Assembly: GCA_964016885.1 (NCBI GenBank)
Contig: OZ024740.1
Coordinates: forward strand, 368,466,001 to 368,530,000
From: Eledone cirrhosa
Lineage: Eukaryota
Direction: 5' to 3'
DNA length: 64,000 bases
Positions 13,628 through 32,628 of this stretch are shown in pieces. Below the pieces are notes generated by a model. The model was not told the origin of the DNA. It saw only the letters and a list, made by a program, of their open reading frames with translations, and did not search any database. Numbering within the stretch: position 1 is the stretch's first letter; every line of letters starts with the position of its first letter. A program made the translations under genes and the position numbers.

Positions 13628-15031
13628 ATATTATTATTATTATTATTGTTCCTTGAGTCTTAGTCATTGATGTTTTTTAACTGGAAAGTTTGTTGAAATG
13701 AATATCAAGCCGCTACCTGCAGCCTCAGATATTCAGGACGTATCGGAAGGTTCTTGCTTGTTCCCAGCAAATATGCCCTTTGAAGTGTTCCAAAAAGCGG
13801 GGCTGGACTTATCTTCTTTAACGACCATTGGAAACTCTTTGAGATAGTACCTAGTGCGCCTACGACAATCGGGACGACATTGATTTCAAGGCAGTTCCAA
13901 ATCCTTTTTAACTCCCACTTTAAGTCCTGGTATCGGTTTATTTTCTCTCTCTCCTTCTCTTGCACTCTCCTGTCAAATGGACAGGCTACATCTACAATCA
14001 GGTACGATCATTTTTCCTTGTCCAAAACCACCAGGTCAGGCATATTGTGTACTAATTTCTTGTCCGTCTGTATCCTAAACGCCATAGCACCTTCACCTGA
14101 TCGCTTTCTATCACCAACTCTGGCTTATGCTCATACCACTTCTCAGAATGTGGTAAATTGTTTACTTTGCATAGATGCCAGTGGATCACCCTGCCTATCA
14201 CATCGTTTCTCCAGCCTTCATAGCGAGTCGAGTGTAAGTGTTTACACGCGGATACAATGTGATCCCCAGTCTCCTCTCTCTCTCCACAGATGATACACAG
14301 TGAGCTAGCCTCCTCCTTGTCAATATGGTGTGTCACCCTCTTTGTTCTGAGGGCTTGCACTTTCGCAGACATTAGCATCCCTTTTCTAACTTGTTTAAGG
14401 TCTCCTCTTTTTAACCAGTTCCATGACAGTGGATCTCTAAATTCAGTTTTCTTAAAGAAGGTACTATGAAGGGATTTTTCATAAAGGTTGCTCTTCCTCC
14501 TTGTTGTTATTTCCTCCTTGGACATCCCTGGTCTATTTTCTTCTCCTTCGGTACAATTTTGAGCATTGGCTCCCTACTGTCAGTCACATATTTGTGCAGG
14601 TTGTTTTTCTCCATCTGAACACAGTTAAGTCCTCTTCCACCCTCAGATCTCTTTAAGTAGATTCTATCGACATCACTCCTCTTGTGGAACATGTTGTAGA
14701 TAGTCAATAGCTTCTTAGTCTTCCTATCCATTTCTTTTTGTTCAGCAACATTCCATTTCACAATTCCCGCACTGTACCTAATAATAGATACAGCTCGGGA
14801 ATTCACTGCACTTATGACATTCCTACTATTGAGATGTGATTTTAATACGTTTCTTACTCTCCTTATGTACTCAGATCTTATCAATTCCTTCATTTTTTTT
14901 TTGTTCTTGATGTCACATGCCCCCAGAACACCTAAATATGTGTATCCCTCTTCATTGACAATTTCCTTTATCATCTCACCTGTTGGTACCTGGATTCCGT
15001 TGCTTCTGCTCAATTTACGCCTCTCCATCAC
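13628..15031 (-). mobile_element. R4/Dong-clade LINE 3' part (RT C-terminus, CCHC knuckle, REL endonuclease) in a (TAA)n context
   Basis: YTYLGV, DVDRIYLKRSEGGRGL, CIICGEREETGDHIVSAC, PDLVV..D, KINRYQDL and VVPIVVGALG. Flanked by (TAT)n runs on both sides. Confidence 0.88.
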
Positions 15032-15198
15032 TATTATTACTATTATTAATAGCCCCTCCGCCTTCTGTGATATTTTTCATTGCAACAAGGGATTTAGTCC
15101 CATTTCTTGACCAAAGCATCACGTGATAGGGTCTCTCTCCGCCTTTTCGAGATTCTCTCGCGAGATGCAGACCTGTTTTGAATTTTTTCCATGAGGTG

Positions 15199-15290
15199 TT
15201 CCCTTGAAAAGTCGGCATACCAGACAAAAATGTTACATCTCTATGATAAAGGATTTTTGCATAGTAGCCACGAAACTGTACAGTCGGGAA
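15199..15290 (+). ncRNA. Type-I hammerhead ribozyme motif, U3-A8 core variant
   Basis: ttccc-TTGAAAA-gtcggc...gccac-GAAA-ctgtacag-TC-gggaa. Stem I is 5 bp, stem III is the palindrome ACTGTACAGT and the cleavage triplet is GUC. Confidence 0.78.
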
Positions 15291-15484
15291 TTTGAAGACA
15301 AATGGGTATTTATTTATGTCTAATATTTCTTCTTACTTTATAATTTATTACATAGCTCTGATATAGAGTCAATTTAATTATTCTGATTATCTTGTCTCTC
15401 ATAGTCATAGAGCAACACTGGTTATGGTTGAAAACACACAATCTCACATATGTATGTATACACATATATCCGTGTACACCCATT

Positions 15485-15538
<54 letters not shown>

Positions 15539-15540
15539 CA

Positions 15541-15579
<39 letters not shown>

Positions 15580-15581
<2 letters not shown>

Positions 15582-16108
15582 CGAAGGAAATGTGGTAAGG
15601 AACCAGATGGACCATAACGCACCAAAGTACTCAATACTTAGGGTAATAGAGTGGGTAATAGGAACAAGTAAAACCCCGACGGCTGAGCTCAAGCCGTTTC
15701 GACGGCTAATTCTGTACTGAATCGATATTGTGTTTTCGCATGGTGCGGGTGAAAGAGATTGAGCTTAGCGGAAAAGTCTGGATACGGCGTGGTAAGGTCG
15801 GAAAGTGCTCTACTACGGGGATAGGAGCTAGATAACGAAGGAAATGTGGTAAGGAATCAGGTGGACCATAACGCACCAAAGTACTCAATACTTTCAGTAC
15901 AGAATTAGCCGTCGAAACGGCTCCAGCTCAGCCGTCGGGGTCTTACTTGTTCCTTAGGAACGAGTAGGACCCCGATGGCTGAGCTCAAGCCGTTTCGACG
16001 GCTAATTCTGTCGGGGTCCTACTCGTTCCTATTACCCACTGTACTACGCTAAGTATTGAGTACTTTGTTGCGTTATGGTCCACCTGGTTCCTTACCACAT
16101 TTCCTTCG

Positions 16109-16110
<2 letters not shown>
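15580..16110. mobile_element. Rearranged fold-back pLTR-like repeat; family copies at ~30310-30420, ~49590-49665 and ~61645-61760
   Basis: Direct and inverted copies of aacgaaggaaatgtggtaaggaacc... and of GAAACGGCT(T)GAGCTCAGCCGTC. All copies abut (TA)n. Confidence 0.75.
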
Positions 16111-16154
<44 letters not shown>

Positions 16155-16198
16155 AGAAGAAGTTTATGAAATGGAAATGCGGGTATACAGAATTTATT

Positions 16199-16315
16199 AG
16201 GTAACAATTGTTTCTATAGTGTATGGGTTACCTATACCTCGCTATTTGAATAATATAAAAATATTATCATAAACCGAAGGTACACTGTAAGCAAACACAC
16301 CATGTCGTCAGACCT
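16199..16315 (-). ncRNA. Type-I hammerhead ribozyme motif with long stem II
   Basis: aggt-CTGACGA-(~90 nt)-GAAA-caattg-TT-acct-AATAAA. Stem III is the palindrome ACAATTGT. Confidence 0.8.
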
Positions 16316-16886
16316 TTGTATTGGAATGATATGAAAATATTTGATACACTAGATAAAAGATAAAGAAGGAGGTAGGAAGAGAAGGGGAAGAGGGAAGTGA
16401 ATAAGGTGGAGGGAGTCTTAGGATTTAATACTGTCAGACTAGTAGAGATTGTAAGGAAAGAATGTTTTGACAGCAGTTAGCTTAATGAGGCGTGTTAGGG
16501 TTGGCGGGGGAAGTAAATACTTCTAGTGGTGTTGTTCGGACACAACTTAGTTAAAGGGGTCAAAGTGGTACAGTGTCACAGACAAGTTATTGGGGCTATT
16601 ATAGTAGCAGGTTATTTCTAAATGGGTCCAGAAAACAGTGTGTAGTACTATTATTATAGAAAGCCATATCTTGTGTATAAACATATAAAACAGAAATTTG
16701 CAAACGGTGGTGTAAAAAGGTAACATTATATGCATTTAAAAAAAGAAAAAGTCGTTTTCAAACGATGGTTACAGTATAGAGAACGTTCAATTTTGCTGTT
16801 CAAAAGTTTGTTTACCGACGTTAAAATGCAGTATATCTCCAAATTGCATAACTTGCAGAATCGATGATTTTGCTTATATTCACGCG

Positions 16887-18947
16887 CTATGCAATAATTT
16901 GCCAATCAAGGGAGAATGTTTGATTGTTTCTCCGGAGCTGCAAGGCTTTATCGGCGAGGGTTGTTACGGAGGGCATTTTCTCGTGCCTGATCGAAGATCG
17001 ATGTTGGTATAGGCGAGCCTTGAAAGAAGTTGCGGTACATCCGACGTAATACCATTTGTTGGTTCCGGAATTTATTGTACATCGGTAGACAATATTGCGT
17101 GCTAGGCACTGGTTATTCAGTGGGCACGTACCTGGTTTGGTGCAGTTACAATTATTTTTATGTTTTGCAGTAGAATCCTGGATAGTTTGGTGGGGTTGTA
17201 GTTGCGTGTTAGTGCGTTGTATGTTGCTATGCTGGTGCGCTGTGTCATTAGGGATGTACTTATTCAGTATTGCTGAGTTGAGTTTTTTAATTAGTTGTTG
17301 TATGTTAGGTGCAGTGGAGTATGAGAGTCTAATGGTGCGCGAGTTAAATATTTTATAGTATTTATGTGAAGTTGTAAAGTGTTTATTGATTAGTGTATAG
17401 AATTGTGAGATAATCTTAGTGCTAATAGAAGAATTGTACACGGAGTTATACCATATGTACTCTCTACGTCTGACTCTATTTGCTGGTTTGCATCTATTAG
17501 TATGCCTATTGATGTGTGTGTGTGGTGCAATACTAGTTCGACTTAGATGTGTTTTATTCATAGTACTTATGTGGTTATCGTCTAGATATTCTATTTTCTC
17601 GCAGTAACCAGCTTTTCTAAGTGCGTCATTATAATATTCAGCATGCTCGTTGAAGGTCTGCAAATTAGATGACAGTCGGGAGATCCTTATGGATATATTT
17701 TTAGGGATAGATTTAATAATGGAATGAGGGTGGTTCGATTTAACATTAACGTACTTGAGATTTTCATTAAGTTTGTGAAATGGCTCTATATTACCGATAT
17801 TAAGGTTGAAGGTGACATCCAAGAAGTTGACCACCTTAAGATTGTGTTCGAAGGTAATATTAAGCCCTAGTTCTAAGAAAAGTTTCCTAATGTTTTTACG
17901 TCGCCTTTCTAGGTTTTGTTTTTTCATATTCTTGACTAATAGAAGTGTATCGTCGCGGTATATTCCGCCGTGGAGGTCCGTAAATTCGCTCTGGAGTCTA
18001 TGGGCTATATAGATCCCAACCAGATCCGTGACCTCCGCCGAATCATTAGAACCCATCGTATTGTCGAATTCCGAGTGTCTATCTCTGCGGACCCAATAAC
18101 TATTTTCAAAGTGCACTACTGTGCGTCTAGCTTCAAGTATAATATTAATTTCCTCGTTTGTGAGGTTCGAGTTAGTCTTAGCAAAAGAGAGGGCCTTATG
18201 CAGGGTTTCAGGTGAAATAGAGGAATAGTATTCATCTATATCGAATTGAATAAAAGAAGATATGTTGTTGTCCCTAATGTTATTGAACCATCTTATTGCC
18301 TGATGAGTATTGCCCCATAATTTAATATCTACCTTAGCCTTAACTTGGGGGATAATACGATCTAATATGTACTTACTAATTCTACCTATATCGGACTTTG
18401 AAGGACATATTAATCTAATTTTAGGGTTAGTATCGAAGTTATCCTTATGGTCCTTCAGATTAAAAGTCGGTGTAGCTGGAGATAGGGGTACCGTTCTGTC
18501 GTCAATTTTCAGTTTCTTAACAATATCACATGCTGTGTTATTAATGTTGGTTAGTGTAGTTGCGTTTGTTTTTTTGTACTTCCTATGTAATTCCTTACGT
18601 ATAAAATTATTATATGTTTCTACATCCATGGTGTACAGATTCGATGTTTTGTCTGCCTTTATGATAATTCCTTTGGTATTCCTTAGGTTGTCGAGTAGAG
18701 TTTTAATATCTCGTTGCAGTTCGTTTTTCCTTCCGTTTGTAAATTTGATTCCGGTTATCATTTTCATTAAGTCCTGTTCGAAAGAATCCAAAAGAGGGTT
18801 AGATGTTGGGTTTTTGTAGGATTTGAAACCAAACTTATCGTTGTTGGTGTCGGAAGTTTGTGTAATCCTTTTCCTATCGAAGTGAAAGGCCCTCCATCTA
18901 ATCCGCCGAATAAATTCGTTGGTCCTTTGAATCTTACCAAGAATGTA
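16887..18947 (-). pseudogene. PLE RT + GIY-YIG ORF, open for ~685 codons; the C-terminus continues after a stop and frameshift to ~16730
   Basis: FIRRIRWRAF, ADKTSNLY, FIQFDIDEYYSSI, MGSNDSAEV, GIYRDD, NFLDVTFNL, CNCTKPGTCPLNNQCL and IVY..YVG. Another frame downstream gives FCKLCNLE..LLNSKIE..CNH. Confidence 0.92.
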
Positions 18948-19011
18948 TTCTTATATATATATATATACGATATTAAATAAATGGAAACTATATTTATAAA
19001 ACCATATTTAT

Positions 19012-19070
19012 TTCTTTATACATATTTCAGGGATACCAAATTAAAATATGGCATGCCTTCGTCTGATAAA
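19012..19070 (-). ncRNA. Hammerhead motif with mutated core (CAGACGA), same pLTR family as 30102-30161
   Basis: 18965-19110 is similar to 30055-30200. tttat-CAGACGA-agg...ccct-GAAA-tatgta-TA. Confidence 0.5.
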
Positions 19071-19935
19071 ATACAATATATAAACAGTTTTATAAATAAT
19101 TTTGACGTACCCTATTAGAAGCGACCATTATTTTTGGAAGCTGTCTGGATAGTGAGATGTTTATAATTATTTTATTAGTTATAGTGTTAAGCACAGTTAG
19201 AAAAAAGACGGAGAGAAAGAAATAGACGGGGAGAAAGAAAAAACGGAGAAAGAGAGAGAAGGAGAGAGAAAAAGAAGGAGAGAGAGAAAAAAGGAAGATA
19301 TATATAAATAGATAGGAGGAAATGAATAATAAAAATGCAAATATCAATATTCATGAATGAGACATAGATATATAATATGAGAAAATAACATTGTTCAATA
19401 ATGACCATATGTTTAGTTTAAAACTCTGATGACAATATACCAAAATCTGAGTTAAAACCTTCAAAAATTACCCTATTTTTAAAAATACGGATACATATAT
19501 GTATATATATATACATGCATATGTACGTTCTGAAAAAAGAAAAAAAGACAAAATTAGGTCTACTCTAGTCAATAATATAGACATACAAATGATTTCAGCT
19601 CTATCACTTCTATACATTTCTTGTGTTATAAAAATGTCACAGTATATATACATAAAACACACGATTAATATTCATGTCCTCACATACATGACTACCGTTC
19701 ATGTATTTAATATTATGCACATCTGCATAAATTGTGTATATACATATATATATATGTATATACAAAATTTAGTATAGCATCATCGAAGCTTTGGCTGCAG
19801 CCAAGCTAACGAATGCAGTCGGGGTGTGAAATTAAGCACTCAATAAGGTACATTACCTTAGAGTTATAACATTACGTTTAGACAGCTTTGCAAACTGAAC
19901 CCAGCCGCCGATAGACGATATATATATGTATATAT

Positions 19936-20019
<84 letters not shown>

Positions 20020-20086
20020 AGACAAATCTAACAAAATATACGGTAGTGTCAAATCCGTATGAAGAACTCAATGTAATCCAAATATA

Positions 20087-20212
20087 ATTTCTGAGGACGG
20101 CTTGTATATGTGAAGGTATGTATATTTCCTCTGATAATTTGTAATATGTTTACATAGATGTATATGATATACATACCAACACACATATACATCCTAGAAA
20201 CGATCGTAAAAT
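20087..20212 (+). ncRNA. Type-I hammerhead ribozyme motif with ~100-nt stem II; degenerate family copy at ~43400-43525
   Basis: attt-CTGAGGA-..tgtatatgtg..ggtatgtatat...atatacatacc..cacatataca..-GAAA-cgatcg-TA-aaat. Stem III is the palindrome ACGATCGT. Confidence 0.82.
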
Positions 20213-20319
20213 GATGATTTTTTAATATAAGGAACTTCTTCTTTGTTTTTATTAATTTATATATATATATATATACACGTATATATTTTTATATATATGC
20301 ATATATATGTGCATGTGTT

Positions 20320-20409
<90 letters not shown>

Positions 20410-20468
20410 TATTTTTATATATATGCATATGCGTTTGTGTGTGTTTATTCGTCTAAACATATACGTAC

Positions 20469-20654
20469 CCAACCGGAATCTGTTACATGATTGCTGCTAC
20501 TTAGTGGAAGGATATCTGTCGCAATGTAACCATGAATTGTTTCATTGATTTGCTCCCGTGTACAGTTTTCTTCATTCGGTATCCACCAATCCTCTGGATA
20601 ACCACCAAGGATTATCCATTGGTACTTTGGTCCATACATCCCTCTTTTGTAGGC
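20469..20654 (-). CDS. GABBR2: GABA-B receptor subunit 2-like, internal exon (62 aa)
   Basis: gacag acceptor and gtacgt donor, phase 0. [24 protein letters not shown]...[17 protein letters not shown] matches GABA-B R2 AY..MYG.KYQWII.G.Y..WW. Confidence 0.92.
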
Positions 20655-21157
20655 CTGTCTTGAAAAGAGAAACACCAAATTTTAGATACAGATATATTAT
20701 TACTGAAACGGAAATGTGATATAATAATTATACTTGTGGTGAAGACATTCATTTTAAATTTCTATATGTGCGATATAGGTAAACACATCCTTTTTAGATG
20801 CACTGTCCGCTATGAATCGCCTATAAAGTTCATGAATATTCTAGACTAGTATTGAGAAAAAATATAGTGGACAGAAATTTAAATTTGCACCATTTCGTCC
20901 ATATACTTTACATGATTCTTTTCTAAGCTCAACATAAATATGTTAGCATCCTAATATCTCTAATAAATAATAGTATGTTGATATACATAATGCGTCGCTT
21001 TGGGAAATACCAAAAGATCGTGTTGTGACCTTAATCATATTGATTTAAACAATATAGCAAATATATGATACATGATATAGAAAAACAGCTATGTATGTAT
21101 ACATATACATATATATATTTATATATTTCTTTTATACGGATATACTTAACACACACA

Positions 21158-21196
<39 letters not shown>

Positions 21197-21420
21197 ACAT
21201 ATACACACACACATACACTCACACACACACATATATATATATACACACTTTGTCACTTGAAGTTATCCTTACATTATATCTCTCAGACAGATCATTCAAC
21301 ATTATACACACGTCATGTCGTGTGACAGATCATGTCAATGTGAAAAGTAATGTAACACCAAACATTGTCAATGTAGTAAGTATCCTTATCGCTATTGAGA
21401 ATACTGATTTACTTTTCCAG

Positions 21421-21507
<87 letters not shown>

Positions 21508-22279
21508 GATGTGTGTGTCTCTGTGTGTGCGCATATGTGTTTGTGTATTTGTGTATTCAGAAAAGTGTCCGAAGGAGGTGGTAGTTTATAGTACATGACT
21601 ATATGAAACTATATAAATGATGTATAATAAGCATGCATGCGTATCGCCGTGGGTGTTTTCATCTATGATTAGTATTCACGTGTGAAACCAGGTACTAATG
21701 TTAGAGGATTTTTATACATCTATTATTTTTTCTCATTCTGTAATGACTCACTCACAATGTAGCTGCGACATGATCACTAACTATAACACCAATGACGAGA
21801 AAAATATATGTTTATCATACATAAATATATCTCATATGATGAAACACGCTATGTAAGTAGAGCCGCTAATTATTTCAAGCTGATGTTACCAATACAAATA
21901 AGGTAATGCCTAGTGGGAGGGGACAGTTTCATTGGAGATGGGAATTCGTACGAGGAAAATAGAAGGTAAAGGAGGGAAATGGCACTGAGAGAGGCCTAGT
22001 CTTATTTGAAATAGGTGATAATGGATATGGTGTGGAAATACATTTTAAAGGTTGCTCATTTGAAATAGATATTTAAGATGAAATGGGTCAGTGATGATAG
22101 CCTAATAATATAATTAGGATCTATAAGGATATGATAGTATAAGATGGTGCGTAGGGCTTTCAGTGAAAGAAAGGTAAAAAGATTGGTGTACGTAGCAGAA
22201 TAAAGTGGGAGTTCGTTGGATTAAATACAAACATATTAGTATATATAAATGCCTATGTACAAACAGTTACACACACACG

Positions 22280-22346
<67 letters not shown>

Positions 22347-25106
22347 TAATAATAAATTTCAAGACTAAAATCCAAAGAGGGCTCGATAAGGATAAATATA
22401 TATCAAATATATAAGAACCGTAGTTACACAGCCAATAGATAATATAGTATTATTTACTCAAACACATAAATCCATGTTGCACGGCATAAAAGAAACGTAC
22501 ATTTTAATACTTACAAAAATGTTACTGATCTATACCCATATGTGAATCCAGTTCTTTATTTATGTAGTTCGTTTTGGTTCTGCCGCTAATCCAATATTTA
22601 GTCATACACTTGATATGTATTAAGGTCGTAGAAAATGTTATGCTTATTAAAAATTGTACGCGAGACATTGTTTATTAGTTTCCGAAAAAATTCAGTAATG
22701 TCCCGCAATAAGATACAGAATTTCTATTGTCGCGTGGTTGTTGCTGACTATAAAGATACTGAATATTAACTATATGTTCATAAACATAAGTCGTTGATGT
22801 CTCAAACACGTTCTACCAATATTCAAAATATCGTTACATAGTTTGTTGCATATGTGCAGCGAATAATCATTTGGCTTTAAACCAGATAATATGATTGTAA
22901 TGCGCACACATACATACACATATATGAAATCACAGCAGCATATTCACTTTCACTCACTTTCTCTCTTTTTTTCTTCTATGTATCTGTCATCTATCTATCG
23001 CTATCTCTGCCTCTATATCCATCTATACATCTCTTTATCTCTATTTCTCTCTTTGTTCTCATTCTTGCTCAAACTAAACATGTTATCGCAGGTCCCCATC
23101 ATTCATTTAATACTTACATATCCTGAACAAATCTCTACTCATGGCCGTTTAAGAAAATAACTTGTCTTCCTGAAATTAAGAAATATCTATTCTTAGATTA
23201 AACATGCGCTCTAATTATATAAGGAGAACTTATATCGTGATTGTTATTCCTTGCAAAAAATAATTATTCAAATACACAAGCCATGTTATATCGTACATAG
23301 ATAATGAATACGAACTAATTATAAGCCAGATATTTCATTTGTATTTTATACATAAGAGAAATATGGTTCATTGGTACGTTCAGTGTCAAGAAAATACTCA
23401 ATAAGTTGCAGGTAATTAAGCCAAATATTTTAACCTACCATAATATGTTGCATTCTACATTTAAAGTCATATTCGTATCAAATTAACATTTTCTTTTGGA
23501 ATTAACGTTGTATTTGCCGTCAAATATATCGCAGTTAAGGGCGAATGAATTATTTTGAATTTAAGGGCGGGTATTAAGATTACGTTAACATGTCCAATTT
23601 CTTAAGTGAAGGAAAATAAAGCAGTGGTCTTTTCTATGTATTATCCATGTTGATACTAAAGTATTAATAGAATCGTCATACAGCTTGGATTGCAAGAAGG
23701 AAAAGTAATGCGAACATTAAGTAACGAACATCGCTTGCAATGATCCCTGGTTGATTCCAGTCAACATGCAAATAAATTTGTTGCTTGTCTGTTTAATCAT
23801 TTTTATAATTTCTGCATAATCTTCATCTCGTCAGAAACGGGGAAAAGCACTTACGTTAATCTGCTCGAATGTATTCTGTTAACGGGGCCTGACTTCTACG
23901 AATTGGAATGTTTATTCAGCTATTCAGTTTTCCATCTATACTTGATCTTTATTGATTTCTAATGTAGAATTAAAATACGATGGATATTGTTATATACACA
24001 AGATAAATTCTCTGATAATTTATATTTCACCGGGTTTCTGTAACACATTGCGTTCATTGTTAAATGATACAGTAAAATGCATTCTAATATTAACCAATAA
24101 AAACAACATCGTAGACAATTGCATTCATAATCTTTATGACTACTTTGTAGCATTGTCAAGAATTGTTTAGCAACAGATGCAAAGAAACAACAACAAAAAA
24201 TGCAGAAACGTATTATATTGCCTCATGTAGAATTTACACACGATAGACGAAGGTTTATAAAAGAAAGTAAGGCATTCAGTGCATGTGGACGAATGTAAAT
24301 ATCCTCTCTAATAAATCACGTAATTTCCGTCAAACTTATAATACAGCTACTGAATATTTTGCATATATTTTGCTTATATTTCCGAAATGAGATGGGGTTT
24401 ATTTCTGTAATTATTTACAAAATAGTATACAGAGAAACGATGTGAATTCCGTCACATTATTCACTTCGGATAATCAAAGGAATGTTACAGAAATATGAAC
24501 AGAATATAAACAAAATATAAACAGAATATAAAAAGAATATAAACAGAAATATAAACAAGAAAATATATTCATACACAGAAAAAAAAATCAATGATCGCTA
24601 ACCTAAGATACGAGCACTGACAGTGCGGAAGAACGAATCGATAGCACTGAGGGATCAAGAACGCCGGATGTTTTAACAGCTATGTGTTAAACGATAAATC
24701 TAACGGCAAGCAGGCGATACGTCAACAACATTTGAACTTCAGTTTGTCGTGAACCATCACTGAGTACTGGATAAACTATCACTATATTTTGCTTCCGCTA
24801 AACACAATATTGTATACATATTATTCATTAAACGTAAATAGCTCTAGATATAAACACATATATTTAAACACACATATACACCTATATGTGCATATGAAGA
24901 ACGCAAAACCAGATCTTAAGTGTAACCATGTACTGTTCTTTCAGTGTCTCGCTGTCTTCATTTGTGTGTGTATATATAAACATAGAGTGAATATATATAT
25001 ATGTATTTATGTATATATATATATATATATATGTATATGTATATATATATATGCATATATATATATACATAGATATACATATATATGTATCTATGTATAT
25101 ATGAAT

Positions 25107-30055
<4,949 letters not shown>

Positions 30056-30101
30056 TACGATATTAAACAAATGGAAACTATATTTATAAAATCATATTTA
30101 T

Positions 30102-30161
30102 TTCATTATACATATTTCGGGGATACTATAATAAAAATACGGCATGCCTTCTTCAGATAAA
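30102..30161 (-). ncRNA. Type-I hammerhead ribozyme motif
   Basis: tttat-CTGAAGA-agg...cccc-GAAA-tatgta-TA-atgaa-(AATAAA). Stem III ATATGTAT is near-palindromic. Confidence 0.65.
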
Positions 30162-30261
30162 ATATAATATATAAACAGTTTTATAAATAATTTTGACGTA
30201 CCATAAATATTGATCAACTTTTATGTAAGAATTTGGTTTGGTAGTATATATATAAACATAT

Positions 30262-30310
<49 letters not shown>

Positions 30311-30418
30311 ATCAAGTAAGACCTCGGGGTCTTACTTGTTCCTATATACTCTACTACCCTAAGTATTGAGTACTTTGGTGCGTTATGGTCCACCTGGTTC
30401 CTTACCACATTTCCTTCG

Positions 30419-30467
<49 letters not shown>

Positions 30468-30544
30468 CATGTATATATATATATATAAACATAAATATAT
30501 ATATATAAATACATATATATATATACATACATATATATACATAT

Positions 30545-31840
30545 GATGCTTGCTTTTTTTCCTACCTTCGGTTTGCTTTTCCTATGTTGTTTACTTGTCT
30601 CACTCGCTTTACGCGATTCACCTGTCCCAATAGCTTATTTTAGTTATTGCTCGCACCAACCTGAGGTATATGATTTTTAATGCGATGAAATACCAATGAT
30701 GGTTGGCAAATCATTGATGAGGGACTAATTTTATAATATGTAACTCATGTTCAACCACGCAGTACTCCTCTTTCTTCCCCTGTTTGTTTATACATGTTTA
30801 GCTCGACTGCGATTGTCTGTTTCTCTCGTTCTGCTCCCCCGTTCTCTCTGTTTCTCTCACCTTCTTTCGCCCCCTCTGTCAGTTACACTTTCTCTCGACT
30901 GACCTCTTCCTTGCACTTCCACTTACTCACTCTCTGTTTCTCCCCTTCTCCCTTCCACCCGTTCATTAGTTGTGGCATTCTTTCTTTCTCACATCTCATT
31001 CACGTCGGACGGTCTGTTTTCTGACCGCTCATGAAATTCACCCAGATTATGCTGACCGGATAACCCTCATGTTGCTTCAATTTTTTTTCCTACCTTCAGT
31101 TTGCTTTTCCTTCTATGTTGTTTACTTGTCTCACTCGCTTTACGCGATAGACTTGTCCCAATAGCATATTTTAATTATTGCTCGCACCAACCTGAGGTAT
31201 ATGATTTTTAATGCGATGAAATACCAATGATGGTTGGCAAATCACTGATGAGGGACTAATTTTATAATATATAACCCATGTGCAACCACGCAGTTTTCCT
31301 CTTTCTTCCCCTGTTTTTTATACATGTTTAGCTCGACTGCGATTGTCTGTTTCTCTCGTTCTGCTCCCCCGTTCTCTCTGTTTCTCTCACCTTCTTTCGC
31401 CCCCTCTGTCAGTTACACTTTCTCTCGACTGACCTCTGACTCGCACTTCCACTTACTCACTCTCTGTTTCTCCCCTTCTACCTTCCACCCGTTCATTAGT
31501 TGTGGCATTCTTTCTTTCTCACATCTCATTCACGTCGGACGGTCTGTTTTCTGACCGCTCATGAAATTCACCCAGCTTATGCTGACCGGATAACCCTCAT
31601 GTTGCTTGCTTTTTTTCCTACCTTCAGTTTGCTTTTCCTTCTATGTTGTTTACTTGTCTCACTCGCTTTACCCGATTCACTTGACCCAATAGCTTATTTT
31701 AATTATTGCTCGCACCAACTTGAGGTATATGATTTTTAATGCGATGAAATACCAATGATGGTTGGCAAATCACTGATGAGGGACTAATTTTATAATATGT
31801 AACCCATGTGCAACCACGCAGTTTTACTCTTTCTTCCCCT

Positions 31841-31843
<3 letters not shown>
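30545..31843 (+). repeat. ~530-bp tandem repeat, ~2.5 copies, between TA tracts (pLTR-like)
   Basis: Units start at ~30545, ~31075 and ~31605 and are near-identical (duplicate ORFs at 30794 and 31324). Confidence 0.9.
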
Positions 31844-31879
<36 letters not shown>

Positions 31880-31886
<7 letters not shown>

Positions 31887-32628
31887 AGAAAGAAGTAAAA
31901 TAAGAACATTTAAAAATTAACTTAATTACTAAAATTTAGAAAATAAGTTAATTTTAAAATTTTCTTATTTTACGTCTTTCATATAATTGTTCTGCATCCC
32001 CCTGCATAGAACCACAAAGGTACTAAGACATAACATATATATTTGCTAGCATGGGTATACATCTGTATACATATGTTGGTAGATATACTAATTCTCTATA
32101 TTTATCTCCAAATTATTTGTTGAGCAAAACTTGCCGAAATTTACTCCTATGGTTCATGGTAGTAGTTAGGCTCTTGTCTAAAAATCACCCCACTCCTCAC
32201 TGATTAACTTCAGTGTCATGTGATTGATTCTTTAGAATTTGCCACCGACCAAGTAGGCAGTGGAGTTTTTCAGTTCCCTGGAATCTAGTCCCCGCTAGCA
32301 TTTTTCCATCCACTGAATTATTATTTTTATATGGGTTCCTAGTGTCCGCGCATTGCCTGGAAACTTAGCAGAGAATAGACTCCCTGATGACGTAAGGACT
32401 TCTATATAGTTGCGTTGCGTAACTATATTTATTCCCTTACAGAAACTGATTAGTTGGAGTAAACATTTTAGTAAGTAATTTAATTTTAAATTTTTCTTAT
32501 TTTACGTCTTTCATATAATTTTTCTGCATGCCCCTGCATAGAACCACAAAGGTACTAAGACATAACATATATATTTGCTAGCATGGGTATACATCTGTAT
32601 ACATATGTTGGTAGATATACTAATTCTC

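Larger units (their letters stand above)
16150..18947 (-). mobile_element. Second PLE family (Naiad-like), 5'-truncated, with 3' UTR and hammerhead-bearing pLTR
   Basis: Long RT/GIY-YIG ORF, hammerhead at 16199-16315 and TA tracts on both sides. Confidence 0.92.

Noticed and set aside
23854-23935. Possible extra minus-strand exon (tag acceptor ... gtaagt donor) in the long intron
   Set aside because: It has stops in all three frames and no GABA-B similarity, and the flanking exons already join in frame.
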